Part shown: piece by piece, positions 38,665 through 48,717 of the stretch | How positions within the stretch are numbered: position 1 is the stretch's first letter | How the letters are laid out: every line of letters starts with the position of its first letter | Origin: an uncultured Clostridia bacterium | GTDB taxonomy: Bacteria; Bacillota; Clostridia; Christensenellales; DTU072 | Direction of reading: 5' to 3' | DNA length: 64,000 bases | NCBI GenBank assembly: GCA_946621465.1 | Contig: CAMOOO010000001.1 | Location: forward strand, 33,401 to 97,400 | The notes under the pieces: generated by a model | The model's database searches: none | Told to the model about the DNA's origin: nothing | The model's input: only the letters and a program-made list of their open reading frames with translations | Position numbers and translations under genes: made by a program

Positions 38665-41022
38665 ATGAAGCAAAAATTTTACGTAGGAGGAATGAGCTGC
38701 GCAGCGTGCGTAAAACACGTTGAAGAAGCCGTCAAAAGTGTTGACGGTGTCAGTAGTTGCATGGTGAGCCTCACTTCGTCCAGTATGCTTCTTGAGTATG
38801 ACGGGAATGCCGATGCGGTAATAAAGGCGGTAAAAAAAGCCGGGTATACAGCGAAAGTTGCGACGAGACAAAAAGTAGATCAAGGCGCGCCCAATTCCAT
38901 TTTAATAAGGATCATACTTTCTGTCGTATTTCTGATCGTACTCATGTACGTGGCGATGGGGCATATGTGGAACTTCCCCTTGCCGCACTTTTTACACGAT
39001 TCACTAAATAACGCCATAACGCAGCTTTGCCTCTGTCTGCCCGTTCTTATAATCAATTATAAGTATTTTTTGAACGGTGTTTTAAGACTTGTTAAACTTA
39101 AACCGGATATGGATAGTTTGATATCGGTCGGTTCCGGCGCGGCGTTTATTTCCGGCATCGTCACTTTATGTGTTTATAAGGGTGCAGGGCATCTGTATTT
39201 TGAATCGGCGGCAATGATCGTTACGCTTGTTACCGTCGGAAAGTATTTTGAATCGCTCTCGAAAAAAAAGACCAACGATGCGCTTGAAAAGTTGATCGCC
39301 TTAACGCCCGACACGGCAACCGTATTAAGAGAAGGGAAAGAGGTTGTCGTTGCAGCGGAGAGTTTGATTATCGGCGATAAGGTGATAGTAAAGCAGGGAG
39401 AAACAATTCCCTGCGACGGTACGACCGAATCGGGGGAAGGGTACGTTGATGAATCGGCAATGACGGGTGAAAGTATGCCGAAGGAGATAAAAGAAGGTGA
39501 GCTTGTCCGCGGAGGGACAATACTTGTCAGCGGATATCTTGTAATAAACGCAACGGGGACTGGAGCAGAAACGACGCTTGCTAAAATTATTGAAATGGTG
39601 GAGAACGCCAACATGACCAAGCCGCGCCTTGCGCGTATTGCCGATAAAGTGGCAGGGATATTCGTTCCGACCGTTATGGGACTTGCTATAATTACCTTTA
39701 TCGGTTGGGCCTTTGCAGGGAGAATAGAAGAAGGACTGCAAAGCGCTATTGCTGTGCTTGTCGTTTCCTGTCCGTGCGCGCTCGGGCTTGCGACGCCGGT
39801 GGCGGTTACCGTCGGCACCGGTAAGGGAGCAAAAAAGGGAATCCTCTTCCGCTCGGGAGAGGCATTGGAAACACTCTGCAAAGTTAAAAAGATTGTGTTT
39901 GATAAAACGGGAACGGTGACGGAAGGAAAGCCCGTCGTCGTATCCGTTTCGCCGTTCGGATGCTCCGAACGGGAGATGATGAGAATCGCCGCGGCGGCGG
40001 AAAAAAAGTCATCCCATCCGCTGGCACAAGCTATTATAGAATATGCCGGGAAAATTTGCGACGTTCCGGAATGCGATGATTTTTCCGCCGTGTTCGGTAA
40101 AGGAGTTTCCGCGGCGGTAGATGGAAAGAGGTATTACGTGGGAAAGGCCTCTTTTATCAAAGAGAATACGGAATGTGCTTTTTCGGAAAACGCCGAAGAG
40201 GCGACGATGATACACGTTGCGTCAAAAGAGGACTATCTCGGATATATCTGTATTGCCGATGCCTTGCGTGAGGATAGCAAAGAGGGTATAGAGAGTTTAA
40301 AAAAACAGGGTTTGATACCTTCGCTTCTTACCGGCGATAACGAATTCGTGGCGAAAAAGATTGCAGGACAGGTGGGAATAGAGGACGTCGTCAGTAACGT
40401 TTTGCCCGATAAAAAAGCGGAAGTCATTTCGGAATATAAAAAGGAATGTAGGGTAGCAATGGTCGGCGACGGAATCAACGATGCGCCGGCGCTCGCCGTT
40501 TCCGATGTGGGAATAGCCATAGGAGGGGGGAGCGATATCGCCAAAGGGAATGCCGACGTTGTTTTAATAAATAACGATTTAACGGATATCGGCGAGGCGT
40601 ACGTTATAAGTAAAGATACTGTCAGGAATATCAAACAAAATCTCTTTTGGGCATTCTTTTATAACGTCATCGGGATCCCGATTGCGGCAGGAGCGCTTTA
40701 TCCGGTTTTCGGATGGACGTTGAATCCTATGATCGCTTCGGCGGCAATGAGTCTGTCCAGTTTATTTGTCGTAGGGAATGCACTTCGATATAAATACGTA
40801 CATGGAGGTAAAAAAATGTTCGGTAAGAAAGAAGAAGGTCTTGTTTTACGTGTGGAAGGCATGATGTGCGAGCATTGCAAAGCGCGCGTAGAGCAGGCAT
40901 TAAAAGGAGTGGGTATCGACGCCAAAGTCGACTTAAAGAAAAAGACGGTGATCTGCCCCGTCGGAACGGATGAAGAAGCAGCCAAAAAGGCAATTACGGA
41001 AGCAGGATACGAGGTAAAATAA
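38665..41022 (+). CDS. copA: Cu(I)-translocating P1B-type ATPase with N- and C-terminal HMA domains
   Basis: GMSCAAC, TGES, CPC, DKTGT, HP, GDGIND, YN, MSLSS, C-terminal GMMCEHC. Confidence 0.95.
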   Translation: MKQKFYVGGMSCAACVKHVEEAVKSVDGVSSCMVSLTSSSMLLEYDGNADAVIKAVKKAGYTAKVATRQKVDQGAPNSILIRIILSVVFLIVLMYVAMGHMWNFPLPHFLHDSLNNAITQLCLCLPVLIINYKYFLNGVLRLVKLKPDMDSLISVGSGAAFISGIVTLCVYKGAGHLYFESAAMIVTLVTVGKYFESLSKKKTNDALEKLIALTPDTATVLREGKEVVVAAESLIIGDKVIVKQGETIPCDGTTESGEGYVDESAMTGESMPKEIKEGELVRGGTILVSGYLVINATGTGAETTLAKIIEMVENANMTKPRLARIADKVAGIFVPTVMGLAIITFIGWAFAGRIEEGLQSAIAVLVVSCPCALGLATPVAVTVGTGKGAKKGILFRSGEALETLCKVKKIVFDKTGTVTEGKPVVVSVSPFGCSEREMMRIAAAAEKKSSHPLAQAIIEYAGKICDVPECDDFSAVFGKGVSAAVDGKRYYVGKASFIKENTECAFSENAEEATMIHVASKEDYLGYICIADALREDSKEGIESLKKQGLIPSLLTGDNEFVAKKIAGQVGIEDVVSNVLPDKKAEVISEYKKECRVAMVGDGINDAPALAVSDVGIAIGGGSDIAKGNADVVLINNDLTDIGEAYVISKDTVRNIKQNLFWAFFYNVIGIPIAAGALYPVFGWTLNPMIASAAMSLSSLFVVGNALRYKYVHGGKKMFGKKEEGLVLRVEGMMCEHCKARVEQALKGVGIDAKVDLKKKTVICPVGTDEEAAKKAITEAGYEVK

Positions 41023-44000
41023 TGTTATACGAAAAAAGCAAAGGAAGTATTTCTAAAGAGCTGTTTAAGAACCCTCCGTGCGAGTTTCGCGGTGCGCCGT
41101 TTTGGGCGTGGAACGGAAAACTGGACGAAGGGGAGATCGTGCGGCAGGCAGGCGTCTTTAAGGAGATGGGATTCGGCGGATATCATATTCACGTCCGTAC
41201 GGGGTTGGAAGACGAGTACCTCGGGGATAAGTTCATGCACTGCGTTAAGACTTGCGTCGATTATTCCAAAAAAAACGATATGCTCGCATGGCTCTACGAC
41301 GAGGACCGTTGGCCGTCCGGATTTGCCGGTGGCTGGGTAACGAAGGATCCCGCTCTCAGGCAGAGATACCTTATTTTGACAAGAAGAAAGGCAAAAGATG
41401 CGCCGGAATACAACGAGGACGGAATTCTCGTTAGCGGCAGCAAACTTTTAGCTTGCTATAAAATCCATTCTTCCGCCGGTAAACTTTGTTCGTACAAACG
41501 CGTAGAGGAGAACGATCCTTCGGCAAACGCCTATGCCTATATGCGCGTCACTGAAGCTGAGAGCTGGCACAATAATACCGCCTACGTCGATACGCTCAAT
41601 AAAAAGGCGCTTGATAAGTTCGCCGAAGTAACTTACGACAGATATAATGAAGTCCTCGGTGATGATTTGGGTACGACCTGTCCTGCCATTTTTACCGACG
41701 AACCGCAGTATAAAGAAGCTAAAGCAGCGAACAAAATCGTCGCATGGACCGATGACTTTGCGGATACCTATAAGCAGACCTACGGAGAAGATATCCTCGA
41801 TCGCTTGCCCGAGCTTTTTTACGAATTGAAAAAAGGCTACTCTCCCGTTCGCTATCGGTTTTGGAACCATCTATCGGAAAGGTTCACCAATGCCTTTTCG
41901 GATAACCTCGGAGAGAAGGCGAACGCCGTCGGGTTGAAGATGACCGGGCATATGATGTGTGAGGACTCGTTACATAACCAGATCCGGTACGTTGGCGACG
42001 TTATGCGCCATTATCGCGGATTCGGTTTGCCGGGAATAGATATGCTTTGTTCCCGTTACGAATATATCACGGCAAAACAATGCCAGTCGGCTGTATGCCA
42101 GTATGGTAAGGAAGGAATGCTTTCGGAATTGTACGGCGTATCGCGTTGGGACTACGATTTCCGTATGTATAAACTCCACGGCGACTGGCAGGCAGCGCTT
42201 GGCGTAACCATACGCGTACCGCACCTTTCTATGTATTCGATGAAAGGGGAGGCAAAAAGGGACTATCCTGCATCTATTTTGGATCAAAGCCCCTGGTATA
42301 AAAAACACAACGTGGTGGAAGATCACTTTGCCAGAGTCAATACCGCGCTAACGAACGGTCATCAAATCTGTGATATAGCGGTATTGCATACCATAGAAAG
42401 TTACTGGATGTTGTACGGGAGTGCCGCTCGCGGAAATGCCAAGAGAATCAAGATGAACTATTTGTTCCAGGCGCTGCCAGAGTGGATATTAAAAGACGGT
42501 TTGGATTTCCAATACATAAACGAAAGTCTATTGCCCGAACTCTGTCCGCAGGGCGGAAATCCGCTTTCCGTAGGGAAAATGCAATATAAAGCTATCGTCG
42601 TTCCCGAAGCCTTGACGCTGCGTAAATCGACGGTGGAAAGACTGGAAGCCTTCGTAAAAGAGGGCGGCAAGCTGATCTTTATGGGAAAAGCCCCCGTTTA
42701 TATGGATGGCGAACCGGATAACAGACCGAAGGAACTGTTCGATAAGTCTATTTGCATTCCTTTTGAAAAGGAATCTTTATTAAAGGAATTGCAATCTTTC
42801 AGAAGAGTCGGGTTTTATACCGTCGAGGACGGGAAACACACGGACAACCTCATTTACAGCCTTAAAGAAAAAGCCGATGGTCAGTGGCTGTTTATCTGCC
42901 GAGTTAATAAAGAAAGATATCCTGATCTCGACGTAGTCAAAGAACGGAAAATTAAGATTGTCGTCGAGGGCGAATGGGAGCCGACGCTTTGGAATACCGT
43001 TGACGGAAACGTTTATGCAATGGACTACAAAAAAGAAAAGGGCATAACGACGATCTTTGCGACTGTTTGCGACCAGGATAGTTTGTTGATTCGCTTGGAG
43101 AAAGGTAAGTCGAAGGAGAAAAAGCTCGACGCTGTCTTGGCAACGGATAAAGTCAGCGTAAAGGATAACGTACCGTTTACCTTATCCGAACCCAACGTTA
43201 TGCTCCTGGATAGAGCTTATTACGCGTTGGACGATAAACCTTTTACCGTAACACAAAAGGAAATATTGATCGCGGATAATTTCTGCAGAAGGAGACTCGG
43301 GCTTACGCAACACGGCGGATCGATTTGTCAACCGTGGGCGGCGGAAAAGAAGCCGGCGGAACATAAAATCAGACTTCGTTTCGTCATTCCGAGCAAAATT
43401 AATTACGCCGAACCTTATCTTGCGCTTGAGGATGCGGACAAAGCGGAAATACTGTTTAACGGGACAAGAGTCAGCGAAAAACCCAACGGCTGGTACGTTG
43501 ACAGAGCCATTCAAAAAGTTAAACTCCCGCCGATAAAGAAAGGGAAGAACGTCTTGGAGATCAGCTTGCCTTTCGGTGAAAACACGAATACGGAATGGTG
43601 CTATCTACTGGGTGATTTCGGCGTTTCCGTTTGCGGAACGGTAAAGAAGATCATTCCTATGCCAAAGACTCTTTCCTTTGGCGATATCGGGAAACAGGGC
43701 TTGCCTTTCTACGGCGGTATACTGACCTATCATTCGTCTTTTGTCGGTAACGGAAAAATGGCGAAAGTAAGGGTCCCCGTTTTCAGGGCGGCGATGGTGG
43801 AAGCGGAAACGGATAAACAGAAAGGGGATATAGCATATGCACCCTATGAAACGATTCTGCGGTCCGAGAACGGACAGACCAAACTTGATCTGCACGCCTA
43901 TATTTCTCGCCAAAACGCCTTTGGTTGTATTCACCACCCCGGCATGACCGTAAGAGGTTTCTGCATCAGTCCCGGAACGTATAGATCCTGGCTGCCCTTT

Positions 44001-44072
44001 ACCAGAACGATGTTCTATAAACTGGTAAAAGAGGGAATATTGGAAACACCTGTTGTGACGCTGGAGAAATAA
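41022..44072 (+). CDS. Large glycoside hydrolase (GH106/alpha-L-rhamnosidase-like)
   Basis: APFWAWNG, WLYDEDRWPSG, FTDEP, PGIDML; exact family uncertain. Confidence 0.75.
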   Translation: MLYEKSKGSISKELFKNPPCEFRGAPFWAWNGKLDEGEIVRQAGVFKEMGFGGYHIHVRTGLEDEYLGDKFMHCVKTCVDYSKKNDMLAWLYDEDRWPSGFAGGWVTKDPALRQRYLILTRRKAKDAPEYNEDGILVSGSKLLACYKIHSSAGKLCSYKRVEENDPSANAYAYMRVTEAESWHNNTAYVDTLNKKALDKFAEVTYDRYNEVLGDDLGTTCPAIFTDEPQYKEAKAANKIVAWTDDFADTYKQTYGEDILDRLPELFYELKKGYSPVRYRFWNHLSERFTNAFSDNLGEKANAVGLKMTGHMMCEDSLHNQIRYVGDVMRHYRGFGLPGIDMLCSRYEYITAKQCQSAVCQYGKEGMLSELYGVSRWDYDFRMYKLHGDWQAALGVTIRVPHLSMYSMKGEAKRDYPASILDQSPWYKKHNVVEDHFARVNTALTNGHQICDIAVLHTIESYWMLYGSAARGNAKRIKMNYLFQALPEWILKDGLDFQYINESLLPELCPQGGNPLSVGKMQYKAIVVPEALTLRKSTVERLEAFVKEGGKLIFMGKAPVYMDGEPDNRPKELFDKSICIPFEKESLLKELQSFRRVGFYTVEDGKHTDNLIYSLKEKADGQWLFICRVNKERYPDLDVVKERKIKIVVEGEWEPTLWNTVDGNVYAMDYKKEKGITTIFATVCDQDSLLIRLEKGKSKEKKLDAVLATDKVSVKDNVPFTLSEPNVMLLDRAYYALDDKPFTVTQKEILIADNFCRRRLGLTQHGGSICQPWAAEKKPAEHKIRLRFVIPSKINYAEPYLALEDADKAEILFNGTRVSEKPNGWYVDRAIQKVKLPPIKKGKNVLEISLPFGENTNTEWCYLLGDFGVSVCGTVKKIIPMPKTLSFGDIGKQGLPFYGGILTYHSSFVGNGKMAKVRVPVFRAAMVEAETDKQKGDIAYAPYETILRSENGQTKLDLHAYISRQNAFGCIHHPGMTVRGFCISPGTYRSWLPFTRTMFYKLVKEGILETPVVTLEK

Positions 44073-44089
44073 CCGCAAAAACATATTCA

Positions 44090-44118
44090 TTGACAAATTA
44101 CAAATAAAATACTATAAT
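44090..44118 (+). promoter_or_regulatory. Consensus sigmaA promoter
   Basis: TTGACA-17 nt-TATAAT, exact consensus. Confidence 0.88.
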
Positions 44119-44157
44119 TTAGAAACCGAAAAAAATTTACATTTAGGAGAGTATATT

Positions 44158-45270
44158 ATGCCCAAAATGATTCTTGATTGGAAAACAGCAAACGATTTTG
44201 TTATAGACGCTTTTAAAGGCGTCGGCGTACCGGAAGAAGACGCCAAGATTTGTGCCGACGTTCTTTTGGAGAGCGATCGCCGTGGTATAGAAAGTCACGG
44301 TTGCAACCGTTTTAAACCGATCTACATCGACAGAATTCTCGCCGGAATTCAGAACCCGGTGACCAACTTCGAAGTGATTAAAGAAACTCCCTGTACAGCC
44401 GTTGTCGACGGACACGACGGTATGGGTCAGGTCATTGGTTACAAAGCCATGAGAATGGCTATGGATAAAGCAAAACAGTACGGCATGGGTATGGTCGTCG
44501 TCCGCAATTCCTGCCACTATGGTATCGCCGGGTATTATCCGACGATGTGTACCAAAGAAGGAATGATCGGTATCACCGGAACAAACGCCCGTCCTTCGGT
44601 TGCTCCGACGTTCGGTGTAGAAGGTATGTTCGGTACCAACCCGCTGACTATCGGTATCCCGACGGATGAAGAATTTGATTTCTTGATCGACTGCGCTTCT
44701 TCTATCACTCAAAACGGAAAGATCGAATACTACGCCAGAATCGGCGAGCCTGTTCATCCTGGAACGATCATCGACCTCGACGGTAACCCCGTAGAAGGAG
44801 ACGCAGGAGTTGCTTTGAAAATGATCCGTAACGGCACGGCCGCACTCACCACCCTCGGTGGTATCGGCGAGGCACTCGGCGGATACAAAGGGTATGGCTA
44901 TGCGATGGTTGTAGAAATTCTCTCTGCCGCGCTTCAGGATGGACAATATGGAAAAGCCCTCGACGGTAAGAACGAAAAGGGTGAGAAAGCCCCCTATCAT
45001 CTCGGTCATTTCTTTATTGCAATCGATACCAATCATTTTTTGGGAGAAGATATTTGCAGAAAGAAAGCAGGGGACATCATTCGTTCCGTTCGCGCTTCGA
45101 AAAAGGCTCCCGGATGCGAAAGAATTTATACCGCAGGTGAAAAAGAGTATTTGATTTGGCAATCCCGTAAAGATAGCGGCGTACCGATCAACGAGGCGGT
45201 ACAGAAGGAGATGAGTAAAGTCAGAGATGATCTCGGCTTGACGAAATACGTCTTCCCCTGGGAAAAGTAA
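44158..45270 (+). CDS. Ldh_2-family oxidoreductase (malate/L-lactate/sulfolactate dehydrogenase type)
   Basis: SDRRGIESHG, NSCHYG, GTNP, GYKGYG, AGEKE. Confidence 0.92.
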   Translation: MPKMILDWKTANDFVIDAFKGVGVPEEDAKICADVLLESDRRGIESHGCNRFKPIYIDRILAGIQNPVTNFEVIKETPCTAVVDGHDGMGQVIGYKAMRMAMDKAKQYGMGMVVVRNSCHYGIAGYYPTMCTKEGMIGITGTNARPSVAPTFGVEGMFGTNPLTIGIPTDEEFDFLIDCASSITQNGKIEYYARIGEPVHPGTIIDLDGNPVEGDAGVALKMIRNGTAALTTLGGIGEALGGYKGYGYAMVVEILSAALQDGQYGKALDGKNEKGEKAPYHLGHFFIAIDTNHFLGEDICRKKAGDIIRSVRASKKAPGCERIYTAGEKEYLIWQSRKDSGVPINEAVQKEMSKVRDDLGLTKYVFPWEK

Positions 45271-45272
45271 TC

Positions 45273-46070
45273 ATGGCAAACAGAAACAGAAGACATAAAA
45301 AACCGGTGATCGGCGCCGGGTACCGTCCTCCCTTTCCGGAAGAGATACTTCGTTTGCCGACAGAAGAACTGGCTATTCGTCCGGACACCCTGGCATTATT
45401 GCAGGGTGCCGGCATTGTCACGTTCCGTGACGTTTTGATCCGCGAAGAAAAAGATTTCTATCGTATTTCCACCTTTAATAAAAAGAACTTATTGGACGTA
45501 AAATTCGCTTTGAAAAAGAGAAATCTGTTTTTACGCCCCACGCCGGAAGAGAAGCCTGCCGATAAAAAAGAGGAGACGGAATCCGGTAAAAAGGGTGAGA
45601 AAAACAACGAACAACGCGGTCAACAAAAAGATAAACCCGCCCACCCGCCCCAAGCGGAAAAGAAAGTAAAAGAAGAGGTCGATATTTACGTCAAAATAAA
45701 TAAAGGCGGTAAATGGGGATTTAAAGACAGGGAAGGGAGCCAAAAGGTTGCGCCTATCTATGATGAAGTCTTTAATTACAAAGAAGATCTCTGTTGCGTC
45801 GAAAAGGATGAGAAATTCGGCTTTATCAATCGTGAGGGAGAGGAAGTAATTCCCCTCGTCTATGATTGCGCTGTTTCTTTTTCCGAGGGATATGCCTGCG
45901 TGTATAAAGGAGAAAAATGTGGGTATATCAATACTAATAACGACGTCGTCATCGACTTTAAATACGATGCAGGCACGCCGGTCGTCGGTGGTGAATGCAG
46001 AGTAAAGAGAGATGGCAAATGGGGCGAATTGCATATCGATAATCCAATGGAGATTCGTTGGATTAACTAA
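45273..46070 (+). CDS. RNAP alpha-CTD-like domain fused to WG repeats
   Basis: ILRLPTEELAI...LQGAGIVTFRDVL...NKKNLLDVKFALKKRNL aligns with alphaCTD; charged linker; four KWGF/KFGFI/KCGYI/KWG repeats with FSEGYA. Confidence 0.7.
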   Translation: MANRNRRHKKPVIGAGYRPPFPEEILRLPTEELAIRPDTLALLQGAGIVTFRDVLIREEKDFYRISTFNKKNLLDVKFALKKRNLFLRPTPEEKPADKKEETESGKKGEKNNEQRGQQKDKPAHPPQAEKKVKEEVDIYVKINKGGKWGFKDREGSQKVAPIYDEVFNYKEDLCCVEKDEKFGFINREGEEVIPLVYDCAVSFSEGYACVYKGEKCGYINTNNDVVIDFKYDAGTPVVGGECRVKRDGKWGELHIDNPMEIRWIN

Positions 46071-46086
46071 GGGAAGTATCCTATTT

Positions 46087-47205
46087 ATGCCTACAAAGCA
46101 ACAACTAAAAGAAACCTTTGATCGTTGGTACGCAAAAGCATTGATCCACCTTGCGAAACAGGAGTGGGAAGAAGCTCGGTTGTGCCTGAATACCGCGGCA
46201 AGAGCGCTCGCAGACATAGCGTCAAAAACACCGCAAGAAGATATAAAATCCATTCGTCAGGACTGGGTCTTTGACTTAGCAAACGAGTTGGAACGTTTGG
46301 AAAAGAAAACGGAAATAGAAAAAGTCAAAGAAAAGCTGACGGAAAAGAAAGAAGAAAAAAATGGATCGCCGATTTCGGTCTCCGGTGTACCCAACGTATC
46401 GTTTGATGACGTCGTTGGATTGGAGGACGTAAAGCGCTCCGTTTTTTTTAAGGCGATCTATCCGCGACTTTATCCCGAACTCTATAAAAGGTATAAAATG
46501 AAAACGGGAGGAGGACTGCTTTTGTATGGCCTTCCCGGTACGGGAAAAACCATGATAGCGCAGGCTATTGCCCATGAAACAAAGGGTAAGTTCTTTTCCG
46601 TTCGTTGTTCTGATATCGGCAGCAAATGGTTCGGTGAAACGGAACAAAATATCAGAGCGATTTTCGACGAAGCACGTTCCTACGACAACGCCGTCTTATT
46701 CTTTGACGAAATAGAATCGTACGCGACAAAAAGACGGGAAGACTCGGCAATGAGCAGGGTAGTGCCAGAATTTTTGACGCAGATCCAGGATGTCTACGAA
46801 GAGGAAAAAGCCAATAAACTGCTCGTTATTGCGGCGACGAACCGTCCATGGGACATCGACGGCGCCTTTCTGCGCCCAGGTAGATTCGACGATAAGATTT
46901 TCGTTCCGTTGCCCTCACAAAAGAGCAGAGAGGAAATTGCCAAAAACAAAATGCTTAACGTCCCGATAAAAGGGGAGATTGACTATCAAATTATCGGCGA
47001 ACGTACCGAAGGCTATAATGGCGCAGACGTTGCTTATTTGTGCGACAAAGCGAAGGAAATCGCATTAAGCCGCGTTATAGAAGGTCTGGAAGAAGACGAG
47101 GGCGTAACGGCGCAGGATTTTGTAAAAGCGTTATCGCTGGTAAAAAGTTCGGTCAGCGCCGAGGACGAAAAAGCAATGATGGCGTGGGACGGCTCGGACA
47201 ATTGA
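46087..47205 (+). CDS. Classic-clade AAA+ ATPase with a helical (MIT-like) N-domain, Vps4/Cdc48-like
   Basis: GLPGTGKT, SKWFGE pore loop, FFDEIE, AATNRPWDID...RPGRFD; single AAA module. Confidence 0.85.
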   Translation: MPTKQQLKETFDRWYAKALIHLAKQEWEEARLCLNTAARALADIASKTPQEDIKSIRQDWVFDLANELERLEKKTEIEKVKEKLTEKKEEKNGSPISVSGVPNVSFDDVVGLEDVKRSVFFKAIYPRLYPELYKRYKMKTGGGLLLYGLPGTGKTMIAQAIAHETKGKFFSVRCSDIGSKWFGETEQNIRAIFDEARSYDNAVLFFDEIESYATKRREDSAMSRVVPEFLTQIQDVYEEEKANKLLVIAATNRPWDIDGAFLRPGRFDDKIFVPLPSQKSREEIAKNKMLNVPIKGEIDYQIIGERTEGYNGADVAYLCDKAKEIALSRVIEGLEEDEGVTAQDFVKALSLVKSSVSAEDEKAMMAWDGSDN

Positions 47206-47282
47206 GAAGCGGAAAACCTCGTCAAATAAACCGATAATTTAGTAAAAGGACAAAAATATTTCCAAATTTTTTCAAAATGCTA

Positions 47283-47311
47283 TTGAAAGATAATTAAAAA
47301 TGCTGTATCAT
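47283..47311 (+). promoter_or_regulatory. sigmaA promoter
   Basis: TTGAAA-17 nt-TATCAT. Confidence 0.6.
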
Positions 47312-47337
47312 AGTATATATCATTAGAGGAGGATTTT

Positions 47338-48486
47338 ATGGGAGATTATAAAAAATTTATTGCAGATGAAAGACGTTCCGTGCCGACACCGAAAGATATG
47401 GTGACCGATGGCGTAAGCGTTTTCGGAACGTTCGACAAAGAATTCGAGACAATGGATCTGATGAGCATCAAAAATGCCACCGCATTGCCGAAGTTTTGTA
47501 ACAAAATCAAGTTGACTCTTTGGGAGGCGACAGAGGTTCATTTAAAAGAAGGCGTTCTTCTCGCCGTTGTATGCGACATGGGTATCTTCGGAAAGACCAT
47601 GAACGTATTCTATGACAAACAAGATCACAAAGTATATTGCTGGGATACTAACCTGAAGAGCAAGGATACGAAGATCGCTCCCAATCTGATTAACGGTGCT
47701 ATCGCCGAAGCTCATACCGACGTCAGTTTCGTTAAATATATTAACAATTTCCAAGACGGCAAATGCGATCTTTCCGGTAAACACACCGGCAAATGCCTTA
47801 TTACCGCGCCCCGTACGGACAAAACGGCGGTAAAGGCGATGAAGGAGAATTATTCCGAGGCTTCCATTGAGTATCATTTTGAATTGACCAGAATCAGTAA
47901 GCCTTGCGTCGTCAGCATTCCTTTCTCCGAAAAGAGAAATCGTCCGCTGTACAGCCAAAAGGATTTCTTCAAAGCGGAAGGAAAACTGGTTATTAACGGT
48001 AGAGTGCTTACTTCCGACGACGAAACGGTAGCTATCGTTGACGATCACAGAGGATACTATCCCAGAAGAGCCCACTACGACTGGGTAACCACCATGGGAA
48101 AATGCGAAGTTGACGGCAAAAAGGAATGGCTCGCCTTCAACCTCACCCGTAACCAATCCATCAACCAGGATAAATACAACGAGAATATTATCTTCTTTAA
48201 AGATAAAACCAGCCTGCTCCCGCCGGTAACCTTTACCAGAACTCCGGAAACGAAGGATTTCAAGAATTATGCGGAATGGATCGTCAAAGACGAACACGAC
48301 ATGGTCAACCTTAAATTCAAAGTTTACGGTCTCAACCCCATGATCTTGCACGCACTGTGCTTTGTCCGCATTGACTACTACATAACCTTCGGCGAATTGG
48401 AAGGCTATATTCGTGACGAGAGTGGTAAAAAATACGTTCTCGACGGTATGCTCGGTATGGGCGAAGATAAAACTCTTCTGCTTTAA
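47338..48486 (+). CDS. DUF2804-family protein
   Basis: DDHRGYYP...YDW, FNLT, NEN motifs; strong GAGGAGG RBS. Confidence 0.65.
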   Translation: MGDYKKFIADERRSVPTPKDMVTDGVSVFGTFDKEFETMDLMSIKNATALPKFCNKIKLTLWEATEVHLKEGVLLAVVCDMGIFGKTMNVFYDKQDHKVYCWDTNLKSKDTKIAPNLINGAIAEAHTDVSFVKYINNFQDGKCDLSGKHTGKCLITAPRTDKTAVKAMKENYSEASIEYHFELTRISKPCVVSIPFSEKRNRPLYSQKDFFKAEGKLVINGRVLTSDDETVAIVDDHRGYYPRRAHYDWVTTMGKCEVDGKKEWLAFNLTRNQSINQDKYNENIIFFKDKTSLLPPVTFTRTPETKDFKNYAEWIVKDEHDMVNLKFKVYGLNPMILHALCFVRIDYYITFGELEGYIRDESGKKYVLDGMLGMGEDKTLLL

Positions 48487-48584
48487 TCATCGAAGCCTAA
48501 ATTAAGAAGGACCCGTTTAGTGCTGTTCCATTAGGGATTTTATGAAAAATTAAAATTCGATGGTAATTGCACTTTCGAGCGGTC

Positions 48585-48626
48585 AACAAAAAAGGATTTG
48601 GAGAATATTCCAAGTCCTTTTTGTTT
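48585..48626 (+). terminator. Intrinsic terminator
   Basis: AAAAGGATTTGG/CCAAGTCCTTTT stem followed by a T-rich tail. Confidence 0.8.
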
Positions 48627-48692
48627 TGCATTCTCCTTATTTTATTCTTTCACAAAACCTGCAAAAATGCAACTATTTTCATGTAATCCGCA

Positions 48693-48717
48693 ATTCCTAA
48701 TTCCTCATTCCTAATTC
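48693..48717 (+). repeat. Short heptamer tandem repeat (ATTCCTM)n
   Basis: aattcctaattcctcattcctaatt, about 3.5 units. Confidence 0.6.

Noticed and set aside
44143-45162. 339-aa minus-strand ORF
   Set aside because: Lies entirely antisense to the Ldh_2 gene and has no motifs; codon-bias shadow.
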